From assembly GCA_963719055.1 (NCBI GenBank), contig CAVRAU010000008.1:123374-187373 (forward strand): 64,000 nt of DNA, given 5' to 3'. A model generated the notes under the pieces. It saw only the letters and a list, made by a program, of their open reading frames with translations, had not been told where the DNA came from and made no database searches. Shown piece by piece: positions 1-11,562 of this stretch (position 1 is the first letter of the stretch; every line of letters starts with the position of its first letter). The stretch is from an uncultured Acidobacteriota bacterium (lineage in GTDB: Bacteria; Acidobacteriota; Thermoanaerobaculia; Multivoradales; JAHEKO01). Made by a program: the position numbers and the translations under genes.

Positions 1-1
1 C

Positions 2-625
2 CAGTCCCTGGGAGTCGCCGCTCTCACCACGATCTTCACTGGCATGGTGCTGGCTCTGCAGACTGCCTACAGCCTGCCTTCCATCGGGGTCAAGTACTAC
101 ATCGGCACAGTGGTCTCCAAGTCCCTGGTCCGGGAGTTGGGACCAGTACTGATAGCCCTGATCGTGGGAGGCCGTGTCGGCACTGGCATGACGGCCGAGC
201 TCGGGACCATGAAGGTGACCGAGCAGATCGACGCCCTGCGTTCCATGGCAGCCGATCCGGTCAGGAAACTGGTCGCACCCAAACTGGCAGCGGCACTGAT
301 CATGTTTCCCATGTTGACCATACTTGGTGACGCCATCGGTATCTTCGGCGGTTTGCTGGTCGCCGTGTTCCAGCTCAAGATCACCGCCGGCTTCTACCTC
401 AATGATGTCTTGAGTGCCATCACACTCGATGACATCTTCAGCGGCATCGGCAAATCCATCTTCTTCGCTTTCTGGGTGGCGATCATCGGTTGCTACAATG
501 GTCTGCGAGCTCGAGGGGGTGCCGATGGCGTCGGTCGCGCCACGACCAACACTGTCGTCGTGACTTCGGTCCTGGTCCTGATCACCGACTTCTTCTTGAC
601 CAAGCTGTTCTACATCCTTTTCTGA
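2..625 (+). CDS. mlaE: MlaE-family ABC transporter permease (5' end outside window)
   Basis: RELGPV...GRVG..MTAELGTMKVTEQIDAL and GADGVGRATT motifs; followed by ATPase and MCE genes. Confidence 0.93.
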   Translation, partial: QSLGVAALTTIFTGMVLALQTAYSLPSIGVKYYIGTVVSKSLVRELGPVLIALIVGGRVGTGMTAELGTMKVTEQIDALRSMAADPVRKLVAPKLAAALIMFPMLTILGDAIGIFGGLLVAVFQLKITAGFYLNDVLSAITLDDIFSGIGKSIFFAFWVAIIGCYNGLRARGGADGVGRATTNTVVVTSVLVLITDFFLTKLFYILF

Positions 626-646
626 CCAAGAGACTGGAAGACTCCG

Positions 647-1402
647 GTGATAGAACCGATCTATAAGATTCGCGGACTCTGCAAGAGTTACGGGTCGAGA
701 GCCGTGCTGGTAGATCTGGACTTCGATGTCCTGCGCGGCGAGTCGCTGGTCGTCTTGGGCCGGTCCGGATCGGGCAAAAGTGTCGCTCTACGTCAGCTCA
801 ACGGGTTGGAGAAACCGGATCGCGGCTCCATCGAGTTCGACGGCGAAGAAATCTCCGGCCTTCGCGAACGAGAGCTCTACCCACTGCGCCGGCGAGTGGC
901 CATGCTTTTTCAGGGCGGCGCGCTTTTCGATTCGATGACCGTCGCCGAAAACGTGGCCTTCCCTCTCCGCGAGCACACCGACCTCAGCCAATCTGAGATC
1001 GCCGACAGGGTTCGTGAGAAACTGGCGAAGGTGGGGCTCCAAGGCATCGAGGACACGCTGCCCGCAGACTTGTCAGGCGGGATGAAGAAGAGGGTGGCCC
1101 TGGCACGATCCATGGCGCTGGACCCCGAGGTGGTGCTCTTCGATGAGCCGACGACTGGCTTGGACCCCATGACCTCGGCCACCATCGCCAACCTCATCCG
1201 CGCCACACAGCGCGACCTGCGCGCGACCTCTGTGGTCGTTACCCATGACATCGCACTAGCCCGCCGTGTCGGCGATCGGATAGCCTTCCTGGACCAGGGA
1301 CGATTCCGATTCATTGGCTCTTGGGCGGCGGCAGACAGCGTCTCGGATCCGCTTCTGACCGGCTTTCTGAGCGGTCGAGAGGAGAACGAGAATGGTGCGT
1401 GA
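647..1402 (+). CDS. mlaF: MlaF-family ABC transporter ATP-binding protein
   Basis: Walker A GRSGSGKS, LSGGMKKRVALAR signature, FDEPTTGLDP; lies between mlaE and mlaD. Confidence 0.92.
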   Translation: MIEPIYKIRGLCKSYGSRAVLVDLDFDVLRGESLVVLGRSGSGKSVALRQLNGLEKPDRGSIEFDGEEISGLRERELYPLRRRVAMLFQGGALFDSMTVAENVAFPLREHTDLSQSEIADRVREKLAKVGLQGIEDTLPADLSGGMKKRVALARSMALDPEVVLFDEPTTGLDPMTSATIANLIRATQRDLRATSVVVTHDIALARRVGDRIAFLDQGRFRFIGSWAAADSVSDPLLTGFLSGREENENGA

Positions 1403-2563
1403 GGTCAAAGTCGGTCTGCTGGTGATTGCCGCCTTCGTCGTGCTCGGGATCGGCGTGTTTCTCGTCAGTGAGCGGCGCAATCTATTTACCCTCAAGAACA
1501 CCTACTTCATAGAGCTGCAGACCGTCAGCGGACTCGGTCAGGGAAGCCCTGTCCACCTCGATGGAGTCGGCGTGGGCAGCATCCAGAGCATTGTTCTCCC
1601 AGAGCGGGTGGAACAGAAGATGCTGACAGTCTGGGTCACCGCCGAAAGGCGGTACGCCGAGCGTATTCGTGAGGACTCGTTGGCCATGATCAAGACTCTC
1701 GGGCTGCTGGGCGACAAGTACATCGATATCTCGTCGGGTACCACTCATTCACCCATCATCCCCGCCGGCGGGAACATTCCCGCGGCCCCACCGACCGACG
1801 TCGACCGCCTGATCGCCACCGGCGGCGACGTCATGGGTAACGTCGTTTCCATCTCGTACTCGTTGCGAGTCATCCTGGAACGAATGGAAGCCGGGGAGGG
1901 ACTGCTCGGGTCGCTGACGACCGATAGTGAGGCCGGGATGCAGGCCAAGTCGGCGCTGCTCGAGGTCATCGAGTCGACTCGTCAGATTACCGAGCAGATC
2001 CAGGCTGGCAATGGCACCCTTGCCCGACTCATCAACGACGATTCCCTGGCCACCAAGCTCGAAGGCTCGGTCGGACCAACTGGACGGGCTGCTGACGGAT
2101 CTGAGGCAAGGGGCGGGCGCGCTGCCGGCTCTTCTCAATGACCCCCAGACGCGGGAGCAACTCGATCTCCTCCTGAGGAGGGTTTCAGCAAACCAGCGAG
2201 CGTCTGGCGGCTATCACGGGTGCCATCCAGAGCGGCGATGGTCTGCTGAGCAAGATAGTCAACGATGACGATTTCGCGCGGCAGCTGACCCAGGAGCTCC
2301 AACAACTCCTGCAGAACCTGCGGGTGGTATCCGAGAGAATCGCCCAATCCCAGGGTACGCTGGGTATGTTGATTTCGGACCCGGAGATCTATGAAGCCAT
2401 GAACGATATTATCGTCGGCGTCGACGAGTCATCCATGTTGCGGTGGCTGGTCAGAAACCGGCAAAAGAAGGGGATCAAGAAGCGGTACCAAACCGAGCAA
2501 TTGGAATTGCAGGAGCTGCCTCCGACGACTGAAGAGAGCACCGATCCGGCCGGTACCGGCTAG
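1392..2563 (+). CDS. mlaD: MlaD/MCE-family protein with long helical C-terminus (frameshifts near 2070-2200)
   Basis: N-terminal TM helix, GLxxGSPV.LDGV.VG.I, GLLGDKYIDI; repeated G.GxL..Lxx helices continue in shifted frames to TAG at 2563. Confidence 0.85.
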
Positions 2564-2644
2564 CAGACAGTTTCGCTTGCTGCCAGGTGTAGCCACTGCA
2601 GGGAAGACCATGACGATGACGACAACTCCAGAGAGAGCTCGAAG

Positions 2645-3602
2645 ATGACAGCCCATGTGCTTGTAACGGGCGGCGCCGGGTTTATTGGCAGCCACCTCAC
2701 CCACAGATTGCTCGGGCGCGGCGATCGAGTCACCGTCCTCGATGATTTCAACGATTTCTACGATCCGGCACGAAAGCGCGCCAACGTCGCACCCTTCCTG
2801 ATGAAGCCGGAGTATCGAGCTGGTCGAAGGGGATATTCGAGACGCCGACCTGGTCGAGGATCTCTTCAAACGCGGCTCGTTCGACATCGTCGTGCACCTG
2901 GCCGCCAGGGCGGGCGTCCGACCGAGTCTGCAGGAGCCAATTCTCTACGAGGACACCAACTGCATCGGCACGCTCCGCTTGCTCGAAGCATCCCGCCGCT
3001 GGGGCCCTGAGAAGTTCATCTTCGGCTCGTCGTCATCGGTCTATGGAATCAATGAGAAGGTGCCGTTTGCGGAGACCGACGAGATCAATCAGCCCATCAG
3101 CCCCTATGCCACCACCAAACGCACCGGCGAGCTGCTGTGCTACAACTACAATCACCTCTACGGCATGCGGATCGCCTGCTTGCGATTCTTTACCGTCTAC
3201 GGTCCGGCACAGCGACCGGAGATGGCGATCCACAAATTCACCGATCTGCTGGCCAGGGGGCAGGCCGTCACCATGTACGGTGATGGCGGCAGCCGACGCG
3301 ACTACACCTATGTCGATGACATCATCGATGGCGTCGTCGCCAGCATGGATCTGGCACCGCCTTTCGAGATCCTCAATCTGGGTGGTGCCGACACCACATC
3401 CCTGTCCGATCTGATCCACTGGATCGCCGAAGAGCTCGAGGTCGAGCCGATCATCGAGACACTTGCCGATCAACCCGGAGACGTACCGATTACATATGCC
3501 GATGTGACCAAGGCCGCCGAGGTGCTCGGCTATTCCCCCAAGGTTCCTATCCGAGAGGGTCTGCGCCGGTTTGTGGCCTGGTACCGGCAGAATGCGAGCT
3601 GA
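2645..3602 (+). CDS. NAD-dependent nucleotide-sugar epimerase, UDP-glucuronate 4-epimerase-like (frameshift near 2818)
   Basis: [28 protein letters not shown], YxxxK (YATTK), LRFFTVYGP; split over two frames. Confidence 0.88.
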
Positions 3603-3668
3603 TCCAGGAAGACCGGGAATCAGGTCGTCGAGAGAAACTCCAATGACTTCATCAGGGAAGAGAGTGCC

Positions 3669-5007
3669 ATGAATATCTGCGTTGTGGGCAGTGGTTATGT
3701 AGGCCTGGTCACGGGCGCGTGCTTGGCCGATTTCGGCATGAAAGTCGTCGGCGTCGACAAGGACGCCGACAAGGTGGAGGCTCTCAAGAGGTGTGAGATC
3801 CCCATCTACGAACCCGGGTCTGCCAACCCTGGTTCGCACCAACATGGATTCCGGTCGGTTGCGATTCACCACCGAGCTGGGCCCCGCTATCGAAGAGGCC
3901 GTCGCCATCTTCATCGCGGTGGGCACACCTTCGCAAGCCGACGGCTCGGCCGACCTGAGCTTCGTGCGCGAAGTCGCCAGATCCATTGGACAACACCTCA
4001 ATGGCTACAAGGTGGTGATTACCAAGAGCACCGTACCCATCGGGACGGGACAAATGGTCCGAGAGATCATCGAGAAAGAACAAACCGGGGCGACCATGAA
4101 TTCGCCGTCGTCAGCAACCCCGAGTTTCTCCGCGAGGGCTCGGCCATCGCCGACTTTCGCCACCCCGACAGGGTCGTCATCGGCAGCACCGATTCCCGTG
4201 CCATCGACATCATGCTCGACATCTACTCGCCACTACGGGTGGCAGACGTACCGTTCGTCGTCACCAATGTCGAGAGCTCGGAGCTCATCAAGTACGCCTC
4301 CAACGGTTTCCTCGCTACCAAGATCTCGTTTATCAACGAGATCGCCAAGCTCAGCGAGATCCCTGGGTGCGGATGTGGAGACAGTGGCCCATGGGATGGG
4401 TCTCGACAAGCGTGTCGGCCCCCTCTTTCTGCATCCGGGACCCGGGTTCGGCGGCTCCTGCTTTCCGAAGGACGCCCGCGCAGTAGCCCAGATCGCCCGT
4501 GACAGAGGAACTGCGTTCAAGATCATGGACGCGGTCTTGGAGGTCAACGAGAACACCAAGAAGCGCATGGTCCGCAAGATCAGCGAGGCCTTTGGCGATC
4601 TCGAGAGCCAAACCGTGGCCGTTCTCGGCCTGTCCTTCAAGCCGGACACCGACGATATCCGCGAGTCACCAGCCCTCGAGATCATCAGCGGTCTGCTCGG
4701 ACAGCGGAGCCCGAGTGCGAGCGTTTCGATCCGGCAGCCATGGACGAGTGTCGTCCCCTCTGGCCGCAGGTAAAATTCTGCGAGACGGCGTATGAGGCGG
4801 CTCAGGAAGCCGATGGACTGGTGATTCTCACCGAATGGAATCAGTTCAGAGCGCTTGGATCTGGACCGACTCCATCAACTCCTCCGACGACCCTTGATCG
4901 TCGATCTGCGGAATATCTATGAACCCGTCAAGATGGCGGCGGCCGGGTTCGAGTACATCTCGGTCGGTCGCCCACCCGTCGGACCCAAGGAGTCGGTTAC
5001 AGCATGA
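3669..5007 (+). CDS. ugd: UDP-glucose 6-dehydrogenase (several frameshifts)
   Basis: [56 protein letters not shown] across successive frames; stop overlaps next ATG. Confidence 0.9.
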
Positions 5008-5950
5008 CGATTTCAGTGGTTACAGGCGGTGCCGGTTTTCTCGGCTCCCACCTCTGCGAGAGGCTCCTGGCCGAAGGTCATCGAGTCACGTGTGTGGACA
5101 ATCTGATAACGGGCAAGCTGGAAAACATCCAGCAGTTGGATGACCATCCGGATTTCGAGTTCATCCACCACGATGTCACGGTCCCGTTCGAAATCGAATC
5201 CGACGTCCACAATGTGCTGCATTTCGCCTCACCCGCCAGTCCGATCGACTATCTGGAGCTGCCCATCCAGACTCTGAAAGTGGGCTCACTCGGTACGCAC
5301 AATACCCTCGGTCTGGCCAAGGCCAAGAGACGCACGCTATCTGCTGGCCTCGACCTCGGAGGTCTATGGCGATCCCCTCATTCATCCCCAGCCCGAGTCC
5401 TACTGGGGAAACGTGAATCCCGTGGGTCCTCGCGGTGTCTATGATGAAGCCAAGCGGTTCGCCGAGGCCATGGTGATGGCGTACCACCGGTACCACGGTC
5501 TGGATACCCGGATCGTCAGGATTTTCAACACTTTTGGTCCCCGTATGCGACTCAAGGACGGTCGGGTCGTTCCCGCCTTCATGCACCAGTCGTTGCAGGG
5601 CAATCCCTTGACGGTTTTCGGAGACGGCCAGCAGACACGTTCCTTCTGTTTCGTCGACGATCTGGTTGAGGGCATCTGGCGGCTCTTGAATACCGACACC
5701 GCTGACCCGGTCAACATCGGCAACCCGCGCGAGATGACGATTCTGCAGTTCGCCGAGGCTATCCTGCAGGCGACCGGCAGCCAGAGCGAAATCGCGTTCG
5801 AGCCCTTGCCGGTGGATGATCCCAAGATCCGGCAACCCGACATTACCCGTGCCAGAGAGGTTCTGAGTTGGGAGCCAGAAGGTTTCCCTGGAGGAGGGTC
5901 TACGTCTGACTGTGGGTTACTTCCAGAACCTTTTGTCGATTTCGACCTAG
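5004..5950 (+). CDS. UDP-glucuronate decarboxylase / UDP-xylose synthase (frameshifts near 5328 and 5880)
   Basis: [43 protein letters not shown] motifs. Confidence 0.88.
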
Positions 5951-5959
5951 GTCGCTTGT

Positions 5960-6220
5960 ATGGAAGATCCCATCAAATCACTGCAGTTTGCCCTCGAGAA
6001 GTATCCCCAACGAGTGGAGCTCGCACCCGTCCAGGATCTGCTCATGGACAGTGCCCGTCAAAACGATCGACGACCCGCCTTCGTCAAGCTCGCGGTACCC
6101 GACGAGGTCGTCAAATCACTGCGTGGCAAGCGCGAAAACCAGGACCTGATCCTGCTCGTGCGAATTCCGGCGGAGGTTTCCGATCGCGTCGATAGCCGAA
6201 TCGTGCTGCCTGGAGAATAG
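5960..6220 (+). CDS. Small hypothetical protein (86 aa)
   Basis: Fills the gap between uxs and yggX on the same strand; plausible composition; no motif recognised. Confidence 0.65.
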   Translation: MEDPIKSLQFALEKYPQRVELAPVQDLLMDSARQNDRRPAFVKLAVPDEVVKSLRGKRENQDLILLVRIPAEVSDRVDSRIVLPGE

Positions 6221-6232
6221 GAGGGAAAGACT

Positions 6233-6484
6233 GTGAAGACCGTTCTCTGTTCCCGTTGTCGCCAGCAACGCACCGCAATCGAGGAAGTCCCCTATTCGGG
6301 CGCGCTGGGCGAGCAGATCCAGCAGAGTGTTTGCGAGCCATGCTGGGCGGAATGGCAAGAGGCCGAGGTCATCGTCATCAACGAGCTCCGACTCGACTTC
6401 ATGGATCCCAGATCCCACGACATCCTCGTCCAGCACATGCGTGAGTTTCTCGGCCTGGACGGTGAGCCCTCGCGAACCCAGTGA
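6233..6484 (+). CDS. yggX: Fe(II)-trafficking / oxidative damage protection protein, YggX family
   Basis: V.C..C, LG..I...VC..CW.EW, INE.RL, M.EFL; GGAGGG RBS. Confidence 0.8.
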   Translation: MKTVLCSRCRQQRTAIEEVPYSGALGEQIQQSVCEPCWAEWQEAEVIVINELRLDFMDPRSHDILVQHMREFLGLDGEPSRTQ

Positions 6485-7233
6485 GCCGGGAATCGACACC
6501 GGAGGGCCGTCCCCGTCGACGCATCTCACTGCGATCCGCGGTTCTGAAATTCTCGGTGTTGATGGTCTTTCTTGTCGCGGCTTTCCTGGTATTTCGCTTC
6601 ACTCCTCTCCACGAAGTCCTGACTCGCGACAGAATGATCGCTCTGATGGCGGAGCTACGGTCGGCCTGGTGGGCACCGGTAGCGCTGATTGGACTCTACG
6701 TCATCGTGTCGCCCTCCGGCTTGCCTGTCAGCCCCTTGATCTGGGCAGGAGGCATCGTCTTCGGAGTCTGGTGGGGTTGGTTGTACAACTTTCTGGGTGC
6801 CCTGCTAGGGGCCTCCGCCAGCTTTCTGCTGGCCCGGGCGCTGGGTCGAGACCTGGTGCTCCACGTCGCCAGTGCGACCCTTCTGGACCGCGCTGAGGCC
6901 ATTCTCGAGCGCCACGGCTTCTGGGCTCTGGTGCGGGTACGGTTTCTGCCGATCCCCTTCTCTGTCATCAACTACGGGGCCGCGCTGGCAGGAATACGAT
7001 GGCCCGTATTCCTCACAGCCACCACCATCGGTCTGGCACCGTCCATGGTGATCTGGACATACTTCGGCTACGCCATCTTCAGCGTCACCACCGCGGACCG
7101 GGGCGAGATCGTTCGCAACCTGGTCGTGGCACTGGTTCTCGGGCTGGGTCTCACCTTCCTGGTGCCACTGCGCAATGCCTGGAAGAAGCGTCGCTATGGT
7201 CAGAGCAGTCCTCCCGCCCCTGACGATTTCTAG
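6481..7233 (+). CDS. VTT-domain (TVP38/TMEM64, DedA superfamily) membrane protein
   Basis: Multiple TM helices, G..FG...G, RFLPIPFSVINY.A. Confidence 0.85.
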   Translation: MSRESTPEGRPRRRISLRSAVLKFSVLMVFLVAAFLVFRFTPLHEVLTRDRMIALMAELRSAWWAPVALIGLYVIVSPSGLPVSPLIWAGGIVFGVWWGWLYNFLGALLGASASFLLARALGRDLVLHVASATLLDRAEAILERHGFWALVRVRFLPIPFSVINYGAALAGIRWPVFLTATTIGLAPSMVIWTYFGYAIFSVTTADRGEIVRNLVVALVLGLGLTFLVPLRNAWKKRRYGQSSPPAPDDF

Positions 7234-8300
7234 GACTCCAAGGCCGCCTCGACCTCAGGTAGATCGATCATCAGCGTGCCGTCATTGGCGGACTCGTGAG
7301 GTTGGAACTCGTAGTCACGAATGACCCGGCGGAAGACCTCCTTCAGGGCACGGGCACCGAGGCGCGGTTGCTTTCCAGCCTCGACGGCGATCCGACGTAC
7401 GGCGGCGGGCGACACGGCTAGATCGACGCCGACGGCTTCGAAATACGCCCGCGCCTGATGAAAACCCGATTCCGGGCTGTTCAAGAAGATATCGACCAGT
7501 TGCTGCTCGCCCAGATCATTCAGCAACACGACCGCATCGAACCGGGACAGGAACTGAGGGCTCATTCCATAGTCGAAGAGGTCCTCGTAGCGCAGCCATT
7601 CCCGCAGCGAGAATCTCATCTCGTGATGCACCTCGCCCCCATCCATCACGCTCACACCCTGCAAGGCCCCCCGATCCCTGCCCACGGTGATCCGGTCATA
7701 GACCTCGTCATAAAGACCCTCGAACGCTCCAGCACAAACAAAGAGCAGGTGGCTCGCATCGAAGGTCACGGTACCGCCCCCTGCCCAATCGGGGATCGTC
7801 AGCGGAATCGCCTCGTTCTCGATCAGAGTCAACAGCGACTCCTGGGCTCGAATCCCAGTCACGTTCGGTTGGTCCCCGACCGAGGCCCTGATCTTGTCCA
7901 CCTCGTCGACGAAGACAACTCCCTTACCCACCCGATCCAGCAACTCGTCGACTCCGGTCTCCCGGCCCATCTCCTGTCTCGCCTTGTCCAGCAGACGTCG
8001 CAGGAGCGCCTCTCCCCCACGCCCTTCTTCGGCTTGCTCCGCCAACACATTGGCGTGTACCCGGATGAGGAGGGTCTTGTCGGCCAGAGTCGAATTGGCA
8101 CCCAGATAGTCCTCCACCGCCCGCATGAGCGTGGTCTTGCCCGTCCCCGAGGAGCCGATCATCAAGATATTGCCGGTTCTCAGACCGGCCAACCGCTTGG
8201 CCAGAGCAATGGAGACCTCGCGCAGGGCCTCGTCCTGACCGACGACCCGCCCACTCAGATCTCCGGCAATCTCCGCCGGTAGTGGAGTCTCCACTTGCAT
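7230..8300 (-). CDS. ClpX-like AAA+ ATPase lacking the N-terminal zinc-binding domain
   Basis: VVGQDEA, GSSGTGKT, VVFVDEVDKI, LFVCAGAF, G..P.FL.R, LGARAL. Confidence 0.85.
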   Translation of the reverse strand: MQVETPLPAEIAGDLSGRVVGQDEALREVSIALAKRLAGLRTGNILMIGSSGTGKTTLMRAVEDYLGANSTLADKTLLIRVHANVLAEQAEEGRGGEALLRRLLDKARQEMGRETGVDELLDRVGKGVVFVDEVDKIRASVGDQPNVTGIRAQESLLTLIENEAIPLTIPDWAGGGTVTFDASHLLFVCAGAFEGLYDEVYDRITVGRDRGALQGVSVMDGGEVHHEMRFSLREWLRYEDLFDYGMSPQFLSRFDAVVLLNDLGEQQLVDIFLNSPESGFHQARAYFEAVGVDLAVSPAAVRRIAVEAGKQPRLGARALKEVFRRVIRDYEFQPHESANDGTLMIDLPEVEAALES

Positions 8301-8410
8301 GGCCCTATTCTAGTCGCCCTGTGCAAAAACCGGTGTGTGCCAGTTCTCAGGGACCGACTGTGAAGTTCCCTATTGAGCTGATGGTTCAGGTGTTCTAGAT
8401 TCCCACAGAC

Positions 8411-9439
8411 ATGACGAGATCCGCGAGTCGCTTCGCCGCCCCGTCGAAAAGCCAGGTCTTCTTGTTGCTCTGTGCACTCGTTCTTGGCACCTTCGGCCAG
8501 GTCTCTGCGACCGGGGCTCAAGCCCGCTCATCCGCGGAGCCTCTTGCCGGAGCCCAGGAGCTCCTGGATGCGGGAGATGCCGACGGTGCTCTCGAGATCC
8601 TCAATCGGTTGGTCAAGAAGAAGCCACCCAATGCCGAGGCCTATCTCATGCGGAGCACGGCGTTCTTCATGGTGGGTGACCTGGATCAGGGAAGGCGTGA
8701 TCTGGATCGAGCCATCAAGATCGATTCTCGTTTGCGGCAAGCATGGCTGAACAGAGCCGCTCTCGATCTCTCCGAACAGCAGTTCGAGAAAGCTCTCGAG
8801 GCTCTGCAACGGGCAAAAGAGCTGGATCCAGCGGCACCTGACAACGACCTCAACATAGGTGCCGTGCAACTCCTGCAAGGCAACCTGCAGGAGGCCACGG
8901 CCTTCTTTCGAACCTATCTGGGCAACAACTCGACGTCCGCCGAGGCGTTCTATCTCGTGGCCACGAACTACGCCATGGCCGGGTATGCCGGGCCGGCTAT
9001 CGAACAACTCCGCCGAGCCATCGAGCTCGACGAAAAGAGTCGACTGAGGGCCCGAACGGATCCCAACTTCCGCGAGCTGGAAGCCAACGATCGTTACCAG
9101 CAGATTCTGAGTAGTGACTCCTTCGAAATCCCGCCGGGCTCATATCAACGACTCTTGACAGTCGAGACCCCGTTCGCAGGCATCGACAGCTTGCTTCTCC
9201 GCGCCGTCCTCGATGCCCTCCAGTTTTCGAATCAGCCCTTCGATCGCCGCGTCGAAGTCACCTCCGATTGGGCACTGATCTGGGGCGAGATGCGCATCAA
9301 GCTCAGCAACAACGACACGGGCAAAGGACAGATCCTGCTTACGGCCGCCGCCGACCAGTACACCCCCGCCCAGTGGCAGCAGCAGACGGATGACCTCGCG
9401 CGGGAGATCACGGTTCGACTGACAACCCGCGGCCGCTAG
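8411..9439 (+). CDS. Secreted tetratricopeptide-repeat protein
   Basis: Signal peptide followed by about five TPR-like helical repeats. Confidence 0.82.
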   Translation: MTRSASRFAAPSKSQVFLLLCALVLGTFGQVSATGAQARSSAEPLAGAQELLDAGDADGALEILNRLVKKKPPNAEAYLMRSTAFFMVGDLDQGRRDLDRAIKIDSRLRQAWLNRAALDLSEQQFEKALEALQRAKELDPAAPDNDLNIGAVQLLQGNLQEATAFFRTYLGNNSTSAEAFYLVATNYAMAGYAGPAIEQLRRAIELDEKSRLRARTDPNFRELEANDRYQQILSSDSFEIPPGSYQRLLTVETPFAGIDSLLLRAVLDALQFSNQPFDRRVEVTSDWALIWGEMRIKLSNNDTGKGQILLTAAADQYTPAQWQQQTDDLAREITVRLTTRGR

Positions 9440-9453
9440 AGGGACCCAGTCCT

Positions 9454-10950
9454 TCAAACGGTGTCGGGCACGAACAGCTTTTTCAGCTCGGGTTTGGTGA
9501 CCTTGCCCATGGGATTTCGGGGTAGCTCATCCAGGATCAACAGCCGACTCGGGGCCTTGTAGGGGGCCAGTCGATCCTTGGCCCATTCCCGCAAGACTTC
9601 GAGGGAAAGATCGGCATCGTCGGTGACCACTGCGACCGCGGCTACCCGCTCGCCCCATTCCTCGTCGGTGACACCGACGACGGCACACTCACGGATCAAG
9701 GGATGCTGACACAGAACATCTTCGATCTCGAGAGCCGAGACCTTGAATCCTCCGGTCTTGATGATATCCACGCTCTGGCGCCCCAGGATGCGGTAGGAGC
9801 CCTGCTCCACCACGGCCACATCGCCGGTCTTGAACCAGCCCCCGCGAAAGGACCGAGCCGTCTCCTCTGGTCTACCCCAATACTCGGCGAAGACCCCTCG
9901 GCCCTGAACCTCGATCTCGCCCGGTTCTCCCGGGTCTACGGCGCGGCCCTCTGGATCCACTCGTCGGACCCTGACACCCGGCAGGGGCACCCCGACGTGT
10001 CCGGGGATCCGACTCCCTTCCAGAGGGTTGGAGAGAGCCATGCCGATCTCAGTCATACCGTAGCGCTCGAGAAGCGAGTGACCGCTGATCTCACGCCAGA
10101 GTTCGAAGAGCCGTACGGGCAAGGCCGCCGATCCGGAGACCATCAGGCGAAGATGTCGACAGGCTCCGGTCCACCTCTCTCGAGTTCCGCGATCCGCCTG
10201 TTCCCACGTGGCAGCCAGCCTGGAATAGATGGTTGGCACCGCCATGAACAATGAGAGATCCCTTTTCAAGAATCTCTGCCAGACCTCGGTAGCGTCGAAA
10301 CGGGGCATCATCTCGCAGGTTGCCCCGGCCCACAGCGCCGACCCCAAGACATTGATGATGCCGTGCACATGGTGCAGAGGAAGCACCAGAAGGACCCTGT
10401 CGTCGGCTCGCCAGCCCCACGCCTCGACCAGGGATTCGATCTGGGCGCGAATATTCTCGTGAGTGGTCACCACCCCTTTGGGTCCACCCGTAGTGCCACT
10501 CGTATAGACGATCATGGCGGGTCGTTGGGAAGCGATCTCTGGCAGACCACCTTGCGGCCCGTCACAGAGCTCCACTGTCGACCAGAGCCGACAGCCGCGC
10601 CGTGCAGCTATCGGCGACAGCCGCGACACGAGACTTGGAGACGCTACGAGGATCTGCGCCTGACAATCGGCGGTCACATACTCGAGCTCCGGCTCGGGAT
10701 GGGACAAACAGAGAGGCACCGCCACGCCGCCCGCCCTCCAGATCCCCCACTGCACGGCCACGTACTCAGAAGTGGGTGGTACAAGAAAAGCTACACGATG
10801 TCGCGCCAAATCCGAGGCTCCTGCCAGCAAGTGCGTGGCCACGACATGGGACGCCTCCAAGAGCTCTCTGTAGGTGAACTCCCCATCCACCGCAGAGATT
10901 GCGACTCTGTGCTGAAAACCGACGGCCCGTTCGATCAGCGGTATCGGCAT
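9454..10950 (-). CDS. Acyl-CoA synthetase, malonyl-CoA synthetase (MatB)-like
   Basis: YTSGTTGGPKG, PLHHVHG, ERYGMTE, FKTGD, PRNPMGK. Confidence 0.9.
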   Translation of the reverse strand: MPIPLIERAVGFQHRVAISAVDGEFTYRELLEASHVVATHLLAGASDLARHRVAFLVPPTSEYVAVQWGIWRAGGVAVPLCLSHPEPELEYVTADCQAQILVASPSLVSRLSPIAARRGCRLWSTVELCDGPQGGLPEIASQRPAMIVYTSGTTGGPKGVVTTHENIRAQIESLVEAWGWRADDRVLLVLPLHHVHGIINVLGSALWAGATCEMMPRFDATEVWQRFLKRDLSLFMAVPTIYSRLAATWEQADRGTRERWTGACRHLRLMVSGSAALPVRLFELWREISGHSLLERYGMTEIGMALSNPLEGSRIPGHVGVPLPGVRVRRVDPEGRAVDPGEPGEIEVQGRGVFAEYWGRPEETARSFRGGWFKTGDVAVVEQGSYRILGRQSVDIIKTGGFKVSALEIEDVLCQHPLIRECAVVGVTDEEWGERVAAVAVVTDDADLSLEVLREWAKDRLAPYKAPSRLLILDELPRNPMGKVTKPELKKLFVPDTV

Positions 10951-11562
10951 TCAGCCACCAAGCCGTTCGAGGTCCTCGAGGGTATCGAGATCCCGCAAGG
11001 CGTCCTCGCGAGCCAGCGCGAGCTCGACAATGCTGGGCTCGTGCAGGGGAAAGATCTGTCGGCCGCCGCTATCTCCTTCGATCGCTGCGAGCTCTCCAAA
11101 GAGCGACCGTCCGATCACGGCAGGCGCACCTCTTCGACCTTGATATGCGGGCACGACAATCGGGGCCGCGGTCTGTTGGTAGCAATCCAGAAGAGCGTTG
11201 ATGATGGAGGTCGATAGTCGAGGCTGGTCGACCGGCACGAACATGGCAGCAGCACTGCGCTCATCGACAGCTGCCAGCCCGACCTTGACCGAGGTGCTTT
11301 GTCCCTCGCGGAACCGAGGATTACTGGCGATCCGAACATCGAGATCCTGGAGGGTTCTCTCCACTCTCGCCGCTGCCAATCCGGTGACGACGATCACCTC
11401 GGCTAGTTGAGATTCGACGGCCTGCCGGACAACGCGTCGCACGAGCGGCTCACCCTCGAAAAGAGCCAACTGCTTGGGTGGGTCCTCACCGAAACGCCGT
11501 GAGGAACCCGCGGCCAGAATCACACCCGAGACTCGAGCTCGATTCATCGAATTCTCAGTCAC
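10951..11562 (-). CDS. mocA: Molybdenum cofactor cytidylyltransferase-like NTP transferase
   Basis: LAAGSSRRFG..KQL, G.STS, DQP, GDSGGR, DLDT; next to xdhC and coxG. Confidence 0.82.
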   Translation of the reverse strand: MTENSMNRARVSGVILAAGSSRRFGEDPPKQLALFEGEPLVRRVVRQAVESQLAEVIVVTGLAAARVERTLQDLDVRIASNPRFREGQSTSVKVGLAAVDERSAAAMFVPVDQPRLSTSIINALLDCYQQTAAPIVVPAYQGRRGAPAVIGRSLFGELAAIEGDSGGRQIFPLHEPSIVELALAREDALRDLDTLEDLERLGG

